From Diplonema japonicum (Eukaryota > Protista > Euglenozoa: Diplonemea), in the NCBI GenBank assembly GCA_964019335.1, contig OZ025655.1:558001-622000 (forward strand): DNA of 64,000 nt, read 5' to 3'. This document shows positions 44,966 through 55,800 of this stretch, piece by piece (position 1 is the stretch's first letter; every line of letters begins with the position of its first letter). The translations under genes were made by a program, and so were the position numbers. The notes beneath the pieces are model-generated. The model ran no database searches. It saw only the letters and a list, made by a program, of their open reading frames with translations, and was not told the origin of the DNA.

Positions 44966-47275
44966 TTAGTCCTTAAACAAAAAGGCCATGACCTGGGCGT
45001 TTGGTTGGCAATCGGGCACGCTCGCCCACTCACTGCTGATGATGTCGTTGATGTGGCGCAGCCTGTCCAGCTCGTTGAACTGCTCAGTTGCCTCTTCCGT
45101 CATGTCTGCCTTCATGAGGCGTTCTGCCCATGTGGAATACACTTCAGCCAAGAAGGAGTTGATAGCGGGCTTGCCAGCAGGCCAGCAATAAATTAGCGAT
45201 GTGAGGGTACGGATGAGGTCACCCTGCACCCTGGCAGCTTCGAACCGATCGGAAGGAGGGTTTGCTGCCAGGTAGTGAGCCACCTGGTATGACAGGTAGT
45301 GCCGAGGGTGCTGTCTGGCAAAGGCACTACATTTCTCCCTCACGGTCTCGACGTTCTTCTCTTCGCTGGCGATGACCGCACATACAGCTTCTTCCTCTTT
45401 TATGAGTGCAGCTGCGACATCAGCATCAATAGGAGCGTTGCAGGTAAGACACTGCAAAACAGTACCCACGCGGCCTGCAAGACTCCCACCACATGAGCAG
45501 AGCCCTTCGTGCAGCCCTTCACACTTGACGCCTGCTATGTTTGCAAGGTTCTGCACCCTAGCGAGGAACGTGTTAGACATGTCCGGAAGATCGACACCTC
45601 TGTCGATATCAGGGAACAGCAATCCCTCAGAAGGGTCGAAGGTCAGGTGATGCGTCACAGGACGATCCTCGCCGTTGATGGAGTACACGATGCCGTCACC
45701 CTCCACACGAAGTGCCACAACATCGCCGTCGGGATCGCTGAACTCCACCTTCGTCTCTTCTGTTCGGGCTACTTGCTTTTTGACGCAGAACACCTCAGCA
45801 TCGTCATATGGCATGCTGCACCTGTCACATTGGCACAGAAAGCCCCACCTGTTCTTCAAAGCTTCCTGCCTCACCTTCCTCGGGGCAATCAGGATATCGT
45901 CGTCTAAGTACGCAAGGCTCAAGCTTTCGTCCTTTTCGATGTCCCTGATCGACCTGAAGGACCCTTCGTTAGGCACCACAACACCGTTGGGTGCACAGCT
46001 GTGGTTGCAGAACGAAATGGTCGGGAACACCCTGAGCTCGAGCTCACCGTCGGATCCCACGAGGCCACCGAACCCGTTGTAATGGAAGCAGCTTGCGATG
46101 GACACGATCTGCGCCATTTCGTTACACTTTTCTTTTCCCGGACCGTACTCGGGGTGCTTAGACTCTACATCTGCCTGTATGCTCTCAGTGAGGAGCGGGT
46201 CCCCACCTGTTAACTGCAGGCCTGATGCAAGGAACTCCTTCATTTCATCACATGCCGTGTACATTTCTTTGAACTTCGATACGCCGTCTGCCGCCCCACT
46301 CGTTCTGACGTGCACTAGGGGGCTGTCCTGTATGACCTCTGTCTTGACAGGGATATTACCACCGGCGACAAGATACCTGCCAAGGAGGGGCGAGGTCTTC
46401 ATGACCCAGTGTCTCTTAAGAGGGGTTTCTCTGCGTTTGAAAACCATGAGGACGTCCTTGTAAAGGGGCCAGTTGGGGAGCGGCACACGTGTGACTTCCT
46501 CGAAGTGCTGCGAGACATAGTATTGGAATGCGGGGCTGAAGGACTGCCCTGTAGGCTGCAGGGTGGGAGTGTAGACACCGAACGTGGAGTCGGCCCACTC
46601 GCCGATGAGGATGAGGGTGTCGTTGGTGTAGTTCTTGAGACATTCGAGCCCGAATGTGCCCTTCCCCATGAAGTCGGGCCACATGAGGACCAAGGTGCGG
46701 TCGGTGCCAGCTGCAACACCGGGGCCGCCTTTCTTGATGGTGCCGTACGTGGCGAGGACGTTACAGGCGTCTCCGGTTTCCGACTCGTTGTACTCAGACA
46801 CCCAGTCCTCGCTGCAGTCGTAGCAATGGATGTCGACACCGTTGTCCTGCAGTAGGCCTGCCCAGTACCCTGTACCACCACCGATTTCAATGAGCGGAGC
46901 ATGCTTCGTGAGCTCCGCAAGAGCGGGTTTGTTCGGGATGCTCCATGCGAATTTTCTCTTCATCTCTAAGCTCTTCTTTGTGAACTCATTCATTGCAGCA
47001 ACGGGAACTCCGACCTGTGCGGAAAGACACCCCCTGAAGACAGCACCTGTCTTGTTGCAAAGCTCGTTGACCGTTTGAAGGTATTCGTTCACACCCTCTT
47101 CCTCTACGTCTCGGTCAGCATCAAGCGCGCACAAAGGATGCCCCATCAATCCTGTTTCCTTCAAGAACACCGCACTGCACAGAGCATTGCCCCCAGGACC
47201 TTCGACTTCTGGTTTTGCTTCTCTCTTAACCTGGCCTTGCTTGGACAGCCATTCAACTAGACTTGCATCTGCCAT
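44966..47275 (-). CDS. Class I SAM-methyltransferase-like + SMYD-type SET domain fusion (769 aa)
   Basis: FAWSIP..LIEIGGGTGYWA..IHCYD (Rossmann motif I). SET motifs LGRYLVA, SFCNHSCAPN, LSLAY; post-SET WGFLCQCDRC. Confidence 0.85.
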   Translation of the reverse strand: MADASLVEWLSKQGQVKREAKPEVEGPGGNALCSAVFLKETGLMGHPLCALDADRDVEEEGVNEYLQTVNELCNKTGAVFRGCLSAQVGVPVAAMNEFTKKSLEMKRKFAWSIPNKPALAELTKHAPLIEIGGGTGYWAGLLQDNGVDIHCYDCSEDWVSEYNESETGDACNVLATYGTIKKGGPGVAAGTDRTLVLMWPDFMGKGTFGLECLKNYTNDTLILIGEWADSTFGVYTPTLQPTGQSFSPAFQYYVSQHFEEVTRVPLPNWPLYKDVLMVFKRRETPLKRHWVMKTSPLLGRYLVAGGNIPVKTEVIQDSPLVHVRTSGAADGVSKFKEMYTACDEMKEFLASGLQLTGGDPLLTESIQADVESKHPEYGPGKEKCNEMAQIVSIASCFHYNGFGGLVGSDGELELRVFPTISFCNHSCAPNGVVVPNEGSFRSIRDIEKDESLSLAYLDDDILIAPRKVRQEALKNRWGFLCQCDRCSMPYDDAEVFCVKKQVARTEETKVEFSDPDGDVVALRVEGDGIVYSINGEDRPVTHHLTFDPSEGLLFPDIDRGVDLPDMSNTFLARVQNLANIAGVKCEGLHEGLCSCGGSLAGRVGTVLQCLTCNAPIDADVAAALIKEEEAVCAVIASEEKNVETVREKCSAFARQHPRHYLSYQVAHYLAANPPSDRFEAARVQGDLIRTLTSLIYCWPAGKPAINSFLAEVYSTWAERLMKADMTEEATEQFNELDRLRHINDIISSEWASVPDCQPNAQVMAFLFKD

Positions 47276-48270
47276 TTCTTTGTAATATCCCTTTTTTTTT
47301 TTTTGTCATGAAAACAAAAAAGACATGAGGAGGGTCAAAAAAGAAAAAAAAAAAAAAAAAAAAGCAATAAAGGGGATACCGCGAAACTAACTAGATGTGT
47401 CGTCCCGGGGGTAACGATGTTTATTGCATTTCTCTGCCACCGGAGCCTATTGTGGCTTGCTCAGTTGACAGTATACAACCAGAGAGAAATAAAAGGAGGT
47501 TCTCTCTTTCCTTTTGTTCGTTAGAGTATTACGGACTTATCCAGTTTTTTTTTTTCTTTTTCTTTTTTGTTCGTTCGTTTTGTCCATTTTGTTTAGAAAG
47601 AGAAAATAAATGAAACAAAGTGGAACCACGGCGGGCAACAGAAAGGGGAGGGTGGAAAAAAAAAACCCCCCCTCATATTTTAAAAAAAAAACAACGACCT
47701 AGAGATGAGTGGCCCGAAGTTGAGTGGAGAAAGAAGAACATGTTCACAGTGAAAGAAAGCCCAATCCCCCATCGCCCGAATTAACTTAAATTCTGAACGA
47801 GCACTTCTTTCAGATGGAAAGAAAGTCAAAAAAAAAAAAAACCACAGCTACGTCCAAGTAGGTGACTGAGTCAAAGTAGAATAGCGGATAGCAGGTTTTC
47901 ACTACTTTGTGGGGTACACAGAGTTATAAAAAACCCAAACAATGTTATTTTTAAGATGAGGGACGTAACTGGTTAGCAATTGACCTGAGATTGGTGCTTT
48001 ATTTTTCCTCTTCCTCTTCCTTCTTCTATTTTCCAGTATTACACTCAGTTTGGTTTCTCTTTTTCATCCTTTAGGTAAACACGGGGGGGGGGGGGGGGAG
48101 AGATACCTCCTCCCTCAGCCAATAAACGGCGAAGTTATGGCGTAAAAGGTTTCGCTTGTCAAAGTAGAAAAAGGGGGGGAATAGGGAATAGACAACGTAA
48201 AAAAAAAAAAAAAAAAAAGAAAAAGGGGAAAAAAAAAAAAAAAAAAAGAACAAGAAGGAACACCTTCTTT

Positions 48271-50409
48271 CTAAAAGATAAGGTGTTCTCCTGATTGTGG
48301 CTGTGTCGCAGCCTGTGAGGGGTTCCAAGCAGAGCTCAGGGGCACATCGTTGTCAAGTAAGGTAAAACGAACACCAGTGAAGGACTCGTTGCCCGAGGCG
48401 TCATCATCAGAGGAGTCATCCTCTGTGAAAGGGACGGTGAGGACATTACTAAAAGACGGCCGAGGAGGTGGTGCGTGCAGGGCTGCCGCATCATAAATCT
48501 CAAGCTCCTCAAGAAGCGCGTCCTCATGGATGAGATGCCACGTTAGCTGTTTTTCCATCAACGTCCTGAGCCTGCCAGGCATGTACACGGGGTTGGCAAC
48601 TGACCCGTCATTCACATACACATCGTAACAGAAGCATAGCAGCAAGGTCTGCATGGACACTTCTATCCCTGCACTGAACACTGAGATTACCACCCATGAT
48701 AGAAAACCAATTACAAACATGGGTACAGTCAGTGCTGCACCCTTGACTTCCCTTGTCGCGAAGTCAGAGTACCTCAGCATGAGCCACCCTACGAGCAGGA
48801 CTGCGCCTGTCAGCATGAGCTTCCCGAACAGCATGATACACGACGAGACGAAGTTGATGGCGCCAACGTGGAAAATGTTCGACTTGATCAGAAACAACGC
48901 ACGCTTTGCACCCCTCAGCAAAGAGTCCCCGCACATTGCTGTCATCACATACGCCTCGCTCGTCAGAAGCTGCGTCACCCATGCGAGCGATGCAAGCATC
49001 AGTACCTGTACGGAGTTCCCTTTGCCCCCGCATTTGCTGGCTTCAACCCCCCATTCCACCGGCTTTAATATCAAATTCAACACGAACGTCATCAGCATCA
49101 GTAGCGACCCCAATGCTGCCGTGCCTGAATGGTACCTCAGCACGGTGCCCAGACATCGGAACAGCACTCCGTGCGGGGACAGCTTAGCGTTCCCCGTGGG
49201 AAGTGACCAATACCACGTACAGCAGCCCAGAGAGATCACCAAGTACGAGACATCGCGCAGCCAGATCGACAGCCACACCAACATCCATATATTGAAAATG
49301 TGCGCGGGTGCCCTCCACCAAGGTGTGTCCATGACGTTCCCTGTTGTGTTCTGCGCATCAGTCAGTGTGACGGTCACAGTGAGCTCGTCGACGTAGGTCA
49401 TGCCGCTAGTCTGCACGAAGGTAGCCATCATGACGGTGATGAGCGCGAAGGGGGCCAAAATGAAGATGGTGACGGGCGATATGAACGAGAGGGACGGCAT
49501 CGACACTTGCGTGCGTGATGCAAGCTGGACGATCCTTATCGCAGGATCAAACCGCCGCCTGAGGTACAGCACCATCGAGAAGAAGACGGACGCAACGACA
49601 AACAGCAAAATCGAGACAAATCGGTATATCACCTCGAAGCCTTTGTCTGAGATGCTGTCGGCGTACCGCCACAAAAGCACCGCACCTGCTATCAGTATGC
49701 ATTGCAGGCAGACCACGCTTACAACGGCAAAGGGTCGTATCAGGCGGCGTTTCTTTAGTGCAGTGAGCCAAAGGAGGGTGAGGACGAGCGCGGTGATGCA
49801 ACAGCAGATGACTATCCATTTGAAGTTGGCGAGTCCCGCGATCCCCCTGAAGATGAAGGTGCCTGCGTCGAAGACGAGGTTGAAGTCGCTAGTTGCGTTG
49901 TTGACACAGTTGTTGTATTCGCAGATGTCGTAGAGGTCGAGGATGGGCATGCACCGCCCCATGATTAGAATGTGGTCGAACATCGACTTGTGCATTAAGG
50001 TGCCATCGTAGTTTCGAACCTCGTCGCCGCCCTGTGGGCATGTCGACACACACACCCCAATGGTTAGAGCCTCGTCAAAGGACACCGACTCTTGCTTCTC
50101 ATCAAAGCTCACTTTCACAGGAAGAAACAGCACCGTCAGCCGGTCCCACGGCATGTAAGGATCCTGCGGCACACGTGGTCCATCACCCGCGCAGATGTTC
50201 CCGAGGTAGTCAACCCCATTCCACAGCCTTGCAGGGTCCCCGCTCAGCATCGCGGTGAGAAACATGACGGCCATCGCGCACCAACACCCTAAGAACAGCC
50301 CCAGCCCGAATAAATCTGTACACCGCCTCGCCTTGCGCATCCCCAGCTGCGACGCCCCGACATAGTCGTAACCCCTCCCATGGTCAGCAGCATTTGTGAC
50401 GATACCCAT
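48271..50409 (-). CDS. Choline transporter-like (CTL/SLC44) membrane protein
   Basis: RRCTDLF, NGVDYLGNIC, CVSTCP, RYHSGTAALGSL, TLLLCFCYD; about 10 TM helices. Confidence 0.92.
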   Translation of the reverse strand: MGIVTNAADHGRGYDYVGASQLGMRKARRCTDLFGLGLFLGCWCAMAVMFLTAMLSGDPARLWNGVDYLGNICAGDGPRVPQDPYMPWDRLTVLFLPVKVSFDEKQESVSFDEALTIGVCVSTCPQGGDEVRNYDGTLMHKSMFDHILIMGRCMPILDLYDICEYNNCVNNATSDFNLVFDAGTFIFRGIAGLANFKWIVICCCITALVLTLLWLTALKKRRLIRPFAVVSVVCLQCILIAGAVLLWRYADSISDKGFEVIYRFVSILLFVVASVFFSMVLYLRRRFDPAIRIVQLASRTQVSMPSLSFISPVTIFILAPFALITVMMATFVQTSGMTYVDELTVTVTLTDAQNTTGNVMDTPWWRAPAHIFNIWMLVWLSIWLRDVSYLVISLGCCTWYWSLPTGNAKLSPHGVLFRCLGTVLRYHSGTAALGSLLMLMTFVLNLILKPVEWGVEASKCGGKGNSVQVLMLASLAWVTQLLTSEAYVMTAMCGDSLLRGAKRALFLIKSNIFHVGAINFVSSCIMLFGKLMLTGAVLLVGWLMLRYSDFATREVKGAALTVPMFVIGFLSWVVISVFSAGIEVSMQTLLLCFCYDVYVNDGSVANPVYMPGRLRTLMEKQLTWHLIHEDALLEELEIYDAAALHAPPPRPSFSNVLTVPFTEDDSSDDDASGNESFTGVRFTLLDNDVPLSSAWNPSQAATQPQSGEHLIF

Positions 50410-50486
50410 GCATCATAAGGCTTGCTGTAATATTATAGTTCGAGATTGCAATGCAAAAGTAACAGTACTGCTCTACTAGCAAGATT

Positions 50487-51128
50487 CTAAGCACACGGGA
50501 CAGAGGTTGTGTAGACAAACATCTGCCCACTAACAGGGGGGGTGTCTATTACAAAGTCATCGGCGGTGCCGAAGACTACATCGATTGCGGCGCAGGCTTG
50601 CCTAGGTGTCAGGGAAGAGATAGAAGGGAGCCAGTTGGATGACTGCCGTGGGGACAGCAAGTGCATGGCATAGGAGCGGGACGGGGGCGAGGTAGACAGC
50701 CAAGAGAGGTTCTCGTGTGACAGGAGGGCAAAGAAGTTCCGCCAGAACTTAGAGACGAGAGCTGCAAGTGCCTTGGGAGCAGGCACTGCACCGCTGGAAG
50801 GTAAGGACGGATCTACTTGTGATTTAACAATTACTGCTTCGCGCGCGTTCCGCCAAGACGAGCCAAACAACAACCCTATACCGCCCTCCCCTTCTCCCAC
50901 TGCCTCCATCACTTCTTCCATCGCTTGCAACGCTTTACCCGCTCTTTTCTCGGTCAGTTTTATGCCCTGCCCGACCCTCTCCTCCACTTCTTGCATGCTT
51001 CCCTCGAACAGTTTCATTTCCGCCATTCTCTTCACCATCTCCCGTCCGATCTCACGCTGCACCGCCCGTGCTGTCTCAACATCGTCTACTTTTAGGAACA
51101 CCTTCACGCGGTGGCTCCTCTCTTTCAT
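50487..51128 (-). CDS. Hypothetical protein (213 aa)
   Basis: Fills the gap between RPL17 and CTL on the cluster strand; ATG follows an A-rich leader. Confidence 0.6.
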   Translation of the reverse strand: MKERSHRVKVFLKVDDVETARAVQREIGREMVKRMAEMKLFEGSMQEVEERVGQGIKLTEKRAGKALQAMEEVMEAVGEGEGGIGLLFGSSWRNAREAVIVKSQVDPSLPSSGAVPAPKALAALVSKFWRNFFALLSHENLSWLSTSPPSRSYAMHLLSPRQSSNWLPSISSLTPRQACAAIDVVFGTADDFVIDTPPVSGQMFVYTTSVPCA

Positions 51129-51230
51129 CGCTGTTTTGCGTGTTTTTTGTTGAAAAAAGCGGCAGTAGCAGTGAATTAAAAAAAAAGAAACGGATAAGCA
51201 CTTTCACCTGTCGCCTAAATTGCAAACAGC

Positions 51231-51923
51231 TTATTTGTAGGTGCAACGGTGGGCCCTGTTGTGCGTGTATTTCTTTTTTTTTTTTTTAATACCTGTCACC
51301 GAAGCGCTTGTGCGCAGGGGGCTTCACGCGTCCCTGACGGAGAGCCTGGGCGGTGGGCTTGGGCACGGCGGCCACCCTCTTCTCAAGGAGCACCTCGATG
51401 TGGCAGGGCGAGGCCTGTGGGTTTTTTTTTTCTTTTTTTTTTTCTCCCCTTCCCTAGCAAACCATGTAGGCTCCGATACGACCGTGGGCCCTGTAGGTCC
51501 TCCTCCTGATCTTCTGGGCGCGGTTCACGTGAGCGTGGCTGATGGCAAGGTCGGACACCTCAAGACCCTTCTGCTCGGCGTTGGACTCGGCGTTCTTGAG
51601 AAGGTTCTGGACGAGCTCAACGGACTTCCTGGGCCACCTACCCTGGGTAAGGCCGAACTCCTTGGCCTGGGGGGTCCTCCCGGCGGCGTGGGAGAACCTG
51701 ATGTAGGGAATGCACCTCTTGTGCTCCATGACATCCTGTGTGTGGCTTATTTCTGTTTTCTCTCAATAAAACACACCTCAAGGTACTTCTGGGCCTTCTT
51801 CATGGGCATACCCCTCAGCACCCTAACCACCTGCCATGTGTTCTTGAAGTGAACCCTCATGTCAGACCCCTTGGCCCTCGCCGAGTTCGTCTCATCCTTA
51901 GGCTTAGCGCAGTACTTAACCAT
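51231..51923 (-). CDS. RPL17: 60S ribosomal protein L17 (uL22), 188 aa, 4 exons
   Basis: [48 protein letters not shown]. Introns 51736-51776, 51415-51462, 51256-51292. Confidence 0.97.
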
Positions 51924-52175
51924 TTTGTGATTAAGGTGAAAGTGAGAAACGTTCTGTAGGCAGGTTATGACGCAAAGAAAAGAACCACAAAAAAGGTTTT
52001 TATTTTTTTCTTTTTTTTTCTATAAGAGAAAAAAAAAATATAAATGGCGAAGAAAAACAAGGTAAAAGAAGAAAAAAAAAACAAGTGGGCATTTTTTTTG
52101 GGGGGGGGAGAGGGACAAGACAACATAAAGGGAACAAAAAAAAATACTATTGCGAAGGTTACAAGGGGGAGAGGG

Positions 52176-52210
<35 letters not shown>

Positions 52211-52469
52211 CCATGGAAGGCGAAGAGAAGGGATACACAAAAAAAGGGAAAAAAAAACAAAACAAAAGGAATTGGGTAACATCTCTCCTACGTTTTGTAC
52301 TGGCGTTGTCAAACCCGCTCCCTTTTTGGGCATAAAGAAAAAGAATGGTATTTACTGTATTAATATTTCGAAGGGAACTGAAAAGTAAGAAAAGAACAGG
52401 AAAGACTCTTTGTTTCTTTTTTTTTCTTCTTCTTCTCTCTTAGACTCTATATTCGTAAACAGTGGTTTA

Positions 52470-52537
<68 letters not shown>

Positions 52538-52607
52538 GATTGATTGTAGTTTGTGCACAGCCGGGATTAACCTATAAAAAGCATAAACCCAACAAATGGT
52601 ACCATTG

Positions 52608-52652
<45 letters not shown>

Positions 52653-52828
52653 TAACACCAAAATGGCAACATTGCTTCCCGCCCATTCTGCCGATATAGA
52701 TGAGCCTTAATAATTAAAAAAAAAAAAGAAAAACAAAATGACAAACCCGAAAGAGGGAACAATCCAGTAAAAGATTCCAAATTTCAAAAAAAAAAGAGGG
52801 GGGGAGTACACTTTGCTTCATGTGTTCA

Positions 52829-55800
52829 TTATTCCCAGCCGCGGGAAGGCGAAGGCGAAGGGGATTGGATCTCCGCAGACCACTTGGAAACAACAGCGTC
52901 GCGCGCAGGGGAGGGCGTTGCTGTAACTGTGTTGTTGGTGCGCAGCTCTGACTTGCCACGTGTGTTCCTCTGTCGCGCTTCGTCACGTAACTTGTGGATT
53001 CGAGACCTATACTCTGATAGCCTAGCGTCGGCTGTGGACGCTTGGAGTACGGCCTTGTCCCGTTCTCCTCTCAACCATTCGATCTTGCCTTCCAGGTTCT
53101 GGATTCTTTTCTGCATTGCGCCTATCCCGTGGTAGCCCACTGTCAGCTTGCTGAGTCTCGCTCTGACATCAACAGGGATATGCACGCTCGCTACCGTTTG
53201 TTGCAGTTGATGCAAAATACCACCCACTTCCGCCATCTGCCAGTGCAGCACACCGTCGTCCAACTTCCACCTCACCAACTCGATTCTGCTTCCAATCTCT
53301 TCTGCGGTGATGGAGTGCCGCGAGGATTGTTCATATATCTCAATAGGAACCGAGCCGTTCAGCCGCATTAGCTGTTGGTTGCCGTGTGCCACGTCGCGAA
53401 GCATCTCCATTACTGTGGACTGCCACTTTGCGCATTCTTCCGCGGTTGCCGTTAGGTGTCTCCGTTCCATCGCCTCCTCCTCCGCCACCTGTGCTGTGCC
53501 CTGTTGCTTCCCAGCAAACATTCTCCACCGCACCCAATGCCCTCCCAGTGTCCTCTTTGCAGCACTTTTTGCTAACATCGATGCCAACGTCGTGCGGAGT
53601 GCCACAGGCGTTGCCGACGGGGCATCGTCACCCCGCGAAGGCGACGCGGGAACACCCGGTGCCAGGGCTTCTGAACCATGCTTTTCGTCCAATGCGTTCT
53701 GCAAGGTGGCTACCTTCAGCTGCAGCACTGATATCTGCTTCTGCAGGGCCTGTTTCTCCGACATCTCTGCCCTGTTAGGGCTCATGCTTCGCTGGAACTG
53801 GACAAGCTCGCCCCGCTGAGCTTCAACTTGCTTCGTCAGCTGCTCGAGAGCACCCCTGACGTCAGGGTCAGACGACCTACCCCTCACGGGCTTGTCACCG
53901 CGCAAAAGTGCCATCACCTTCTCCTCGTGTTCTGCTTGCTCCTTTCTCTGTTGGTCCGCTTCTTCTGAGACTGCTCTCAGCATGTTGGTGATGGGGCCGT
54001 TGTTTGCATGCTTGTTTACCGGCAGCTTCATGCACGTCGACAGGAGCTCTCTTGCATATGCTTCGGTATCTGTCATAACTTGGTGGCAGTAGTTATACGT
54101 GGACAGCAAGCTGTCCACACCAGGGATCGCCTTCTCCCGTGCTGTTTCGTAGTCGGCGTGCAGCACGAACTTATCCTCCAGCTTGTACATGCCTTCTACG
54201 TCATCGAGCGACAGGCCAGGCCCCTCGACGTCCACGTTCAGTGCCTTGCACAGCAATGTCCAATGTGTGCTGTCCGTGTTCCTGTTGTGCTGTTCGTTTG
54301 CTTTAATACAGCATACCTCACAGCGCTCATCTCTTCTTTGCTCCACCTACCGTTGGAGTCACGGTCATAAAAGTGGAATAGCCAGCTTACTTTATCAGCC
54401 TGATTGTTTTGATGCTATTGCCTAGTAGCCATACCTCTCCCAAGGGGACAATATCTTGCAGCAACTTCCTTGCGTTCGTTTGAAGGACAGGCAGCTGCTG
54501 TACCCTTTTGATGACGAAGGTGAGGTTATCAATGTCCGCCTGTTTGGCTTCCACCAGATGCTGCATCGACTCGCTTTGGCTCTGGAGGGCATTGAGCCTC
54601 GCTGACGAAGAGGCAAGGGCTTCTGCAGCCTGGTTGTATTCAGCTTGCAGAGTGTTGAAACTGTTCCTTGCGTCGTTGAGCTGACTTCTGAGTGAGGCCA
54701 CTTCATCAGCCTGGTCAAACTCTCTTCGAGGCGAGCTGTAAGCAGGTGATGCTGTGGTTGAAGGCGACGGGAAGTACGAAGGAGTGACCGGCTCCCCTTG
54801 GCCTAGTCGTCGTTTGAGTTCGTTGATCTCCCTGTTCAGCATTGCTTCGTTTTCATCATGCACGACAACCTTTCTCTGTAGCCTCTCAACAACCGGTCGC
54901 AGGTCGTCAGAGCCTGGGCGTGACCCCTCCCTGCGTAACCCTTCGAGGACTGCTCGCAGCTTGGGATCGCTGACAGACTCTAGCAGCACGTCGACATCTG
55001 TCGGTGCGATGGTGGGCTGCTCTGCAGCACCACATGCAAGACAACGACCCGTCCCTGGCTTTATTTTCTCAAGAGATTTAAGGAGCTCCTTCTCATTGCG
55101 TGCCTGCTGCTCAATCTTGTCACGCAATTCCCTTATCGTTTGTTGGTACTCTGCTGTCTGATCATCCCTGACACGTACGATGCCCAGCATCTTCTTCTCG
55201 TTTTCTAGGAGCTGCTGTTTGCCAGCATCCGCTCTGTTGTGCATGTCGCTCACCAAGGTTGCCTCGCCTTCTCTGCGCTGCTGGATGGCCTGCAGGATGG
55301 CTTTCTCCTTCTCAGCCTGATCCTTTCTGTCTTGCAGTGTTTGCACCCGCAGTGCATTCAGTGCTTCCATCTGCTGCGACGGGTCCTTCCCGTTCCGTAC
55401 AGCCTCGTCCACCATTGCAAGGAGCGATGCTTCTTGTTCCCCGAAAGCAGCATTCTTCTCCGCAGCATCCTTCTTCATCTCTTCGAATATATTGTGCAGC
55501 TCGGTGTCAGGCAGCAGCTTTGGTGCTTGTATAATCGGTGGTGAGGCGCTCTTCTGCCTATGTTCAGCCTGTGGTGTCGTGTCAGAAAAAAAAAAGAAAA
55601 CTATATACCTTTTGTTGCAGCTCACCTATCATTTCGTACAGTCGCGCCTCTTCCTCAGTGCGCTTGATGGCTTCTTCTTGGATGGCCTGCAACATCCTTT
55701 CCTGTCGCTGGCGTTGAGCTGTTCGCTCTTCTTCCGTCTTCCTCAGCAGTTCATTAACAGCTGTTTGCAGTTCGACACAGAACTCGCACTTATCTGTCTG

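Noticed and set aside
47380-48060. Complex intergenic islands with small hairpins
   Set aside because: Only short stems and no recognisable RNA family motif.
54391-54399. Apparent 9-nt microexon (GCTGATAAA) between a 35-nt and a 44-nt intron
   Set aside because: Reading on through GTAAGC gives a clean EF-hand (DKVSWLFHFYDRDSNGRWSKEE) in an 83-nt exon, followed by a typical 35-nt intron at 54282-54316. That model is better supported.
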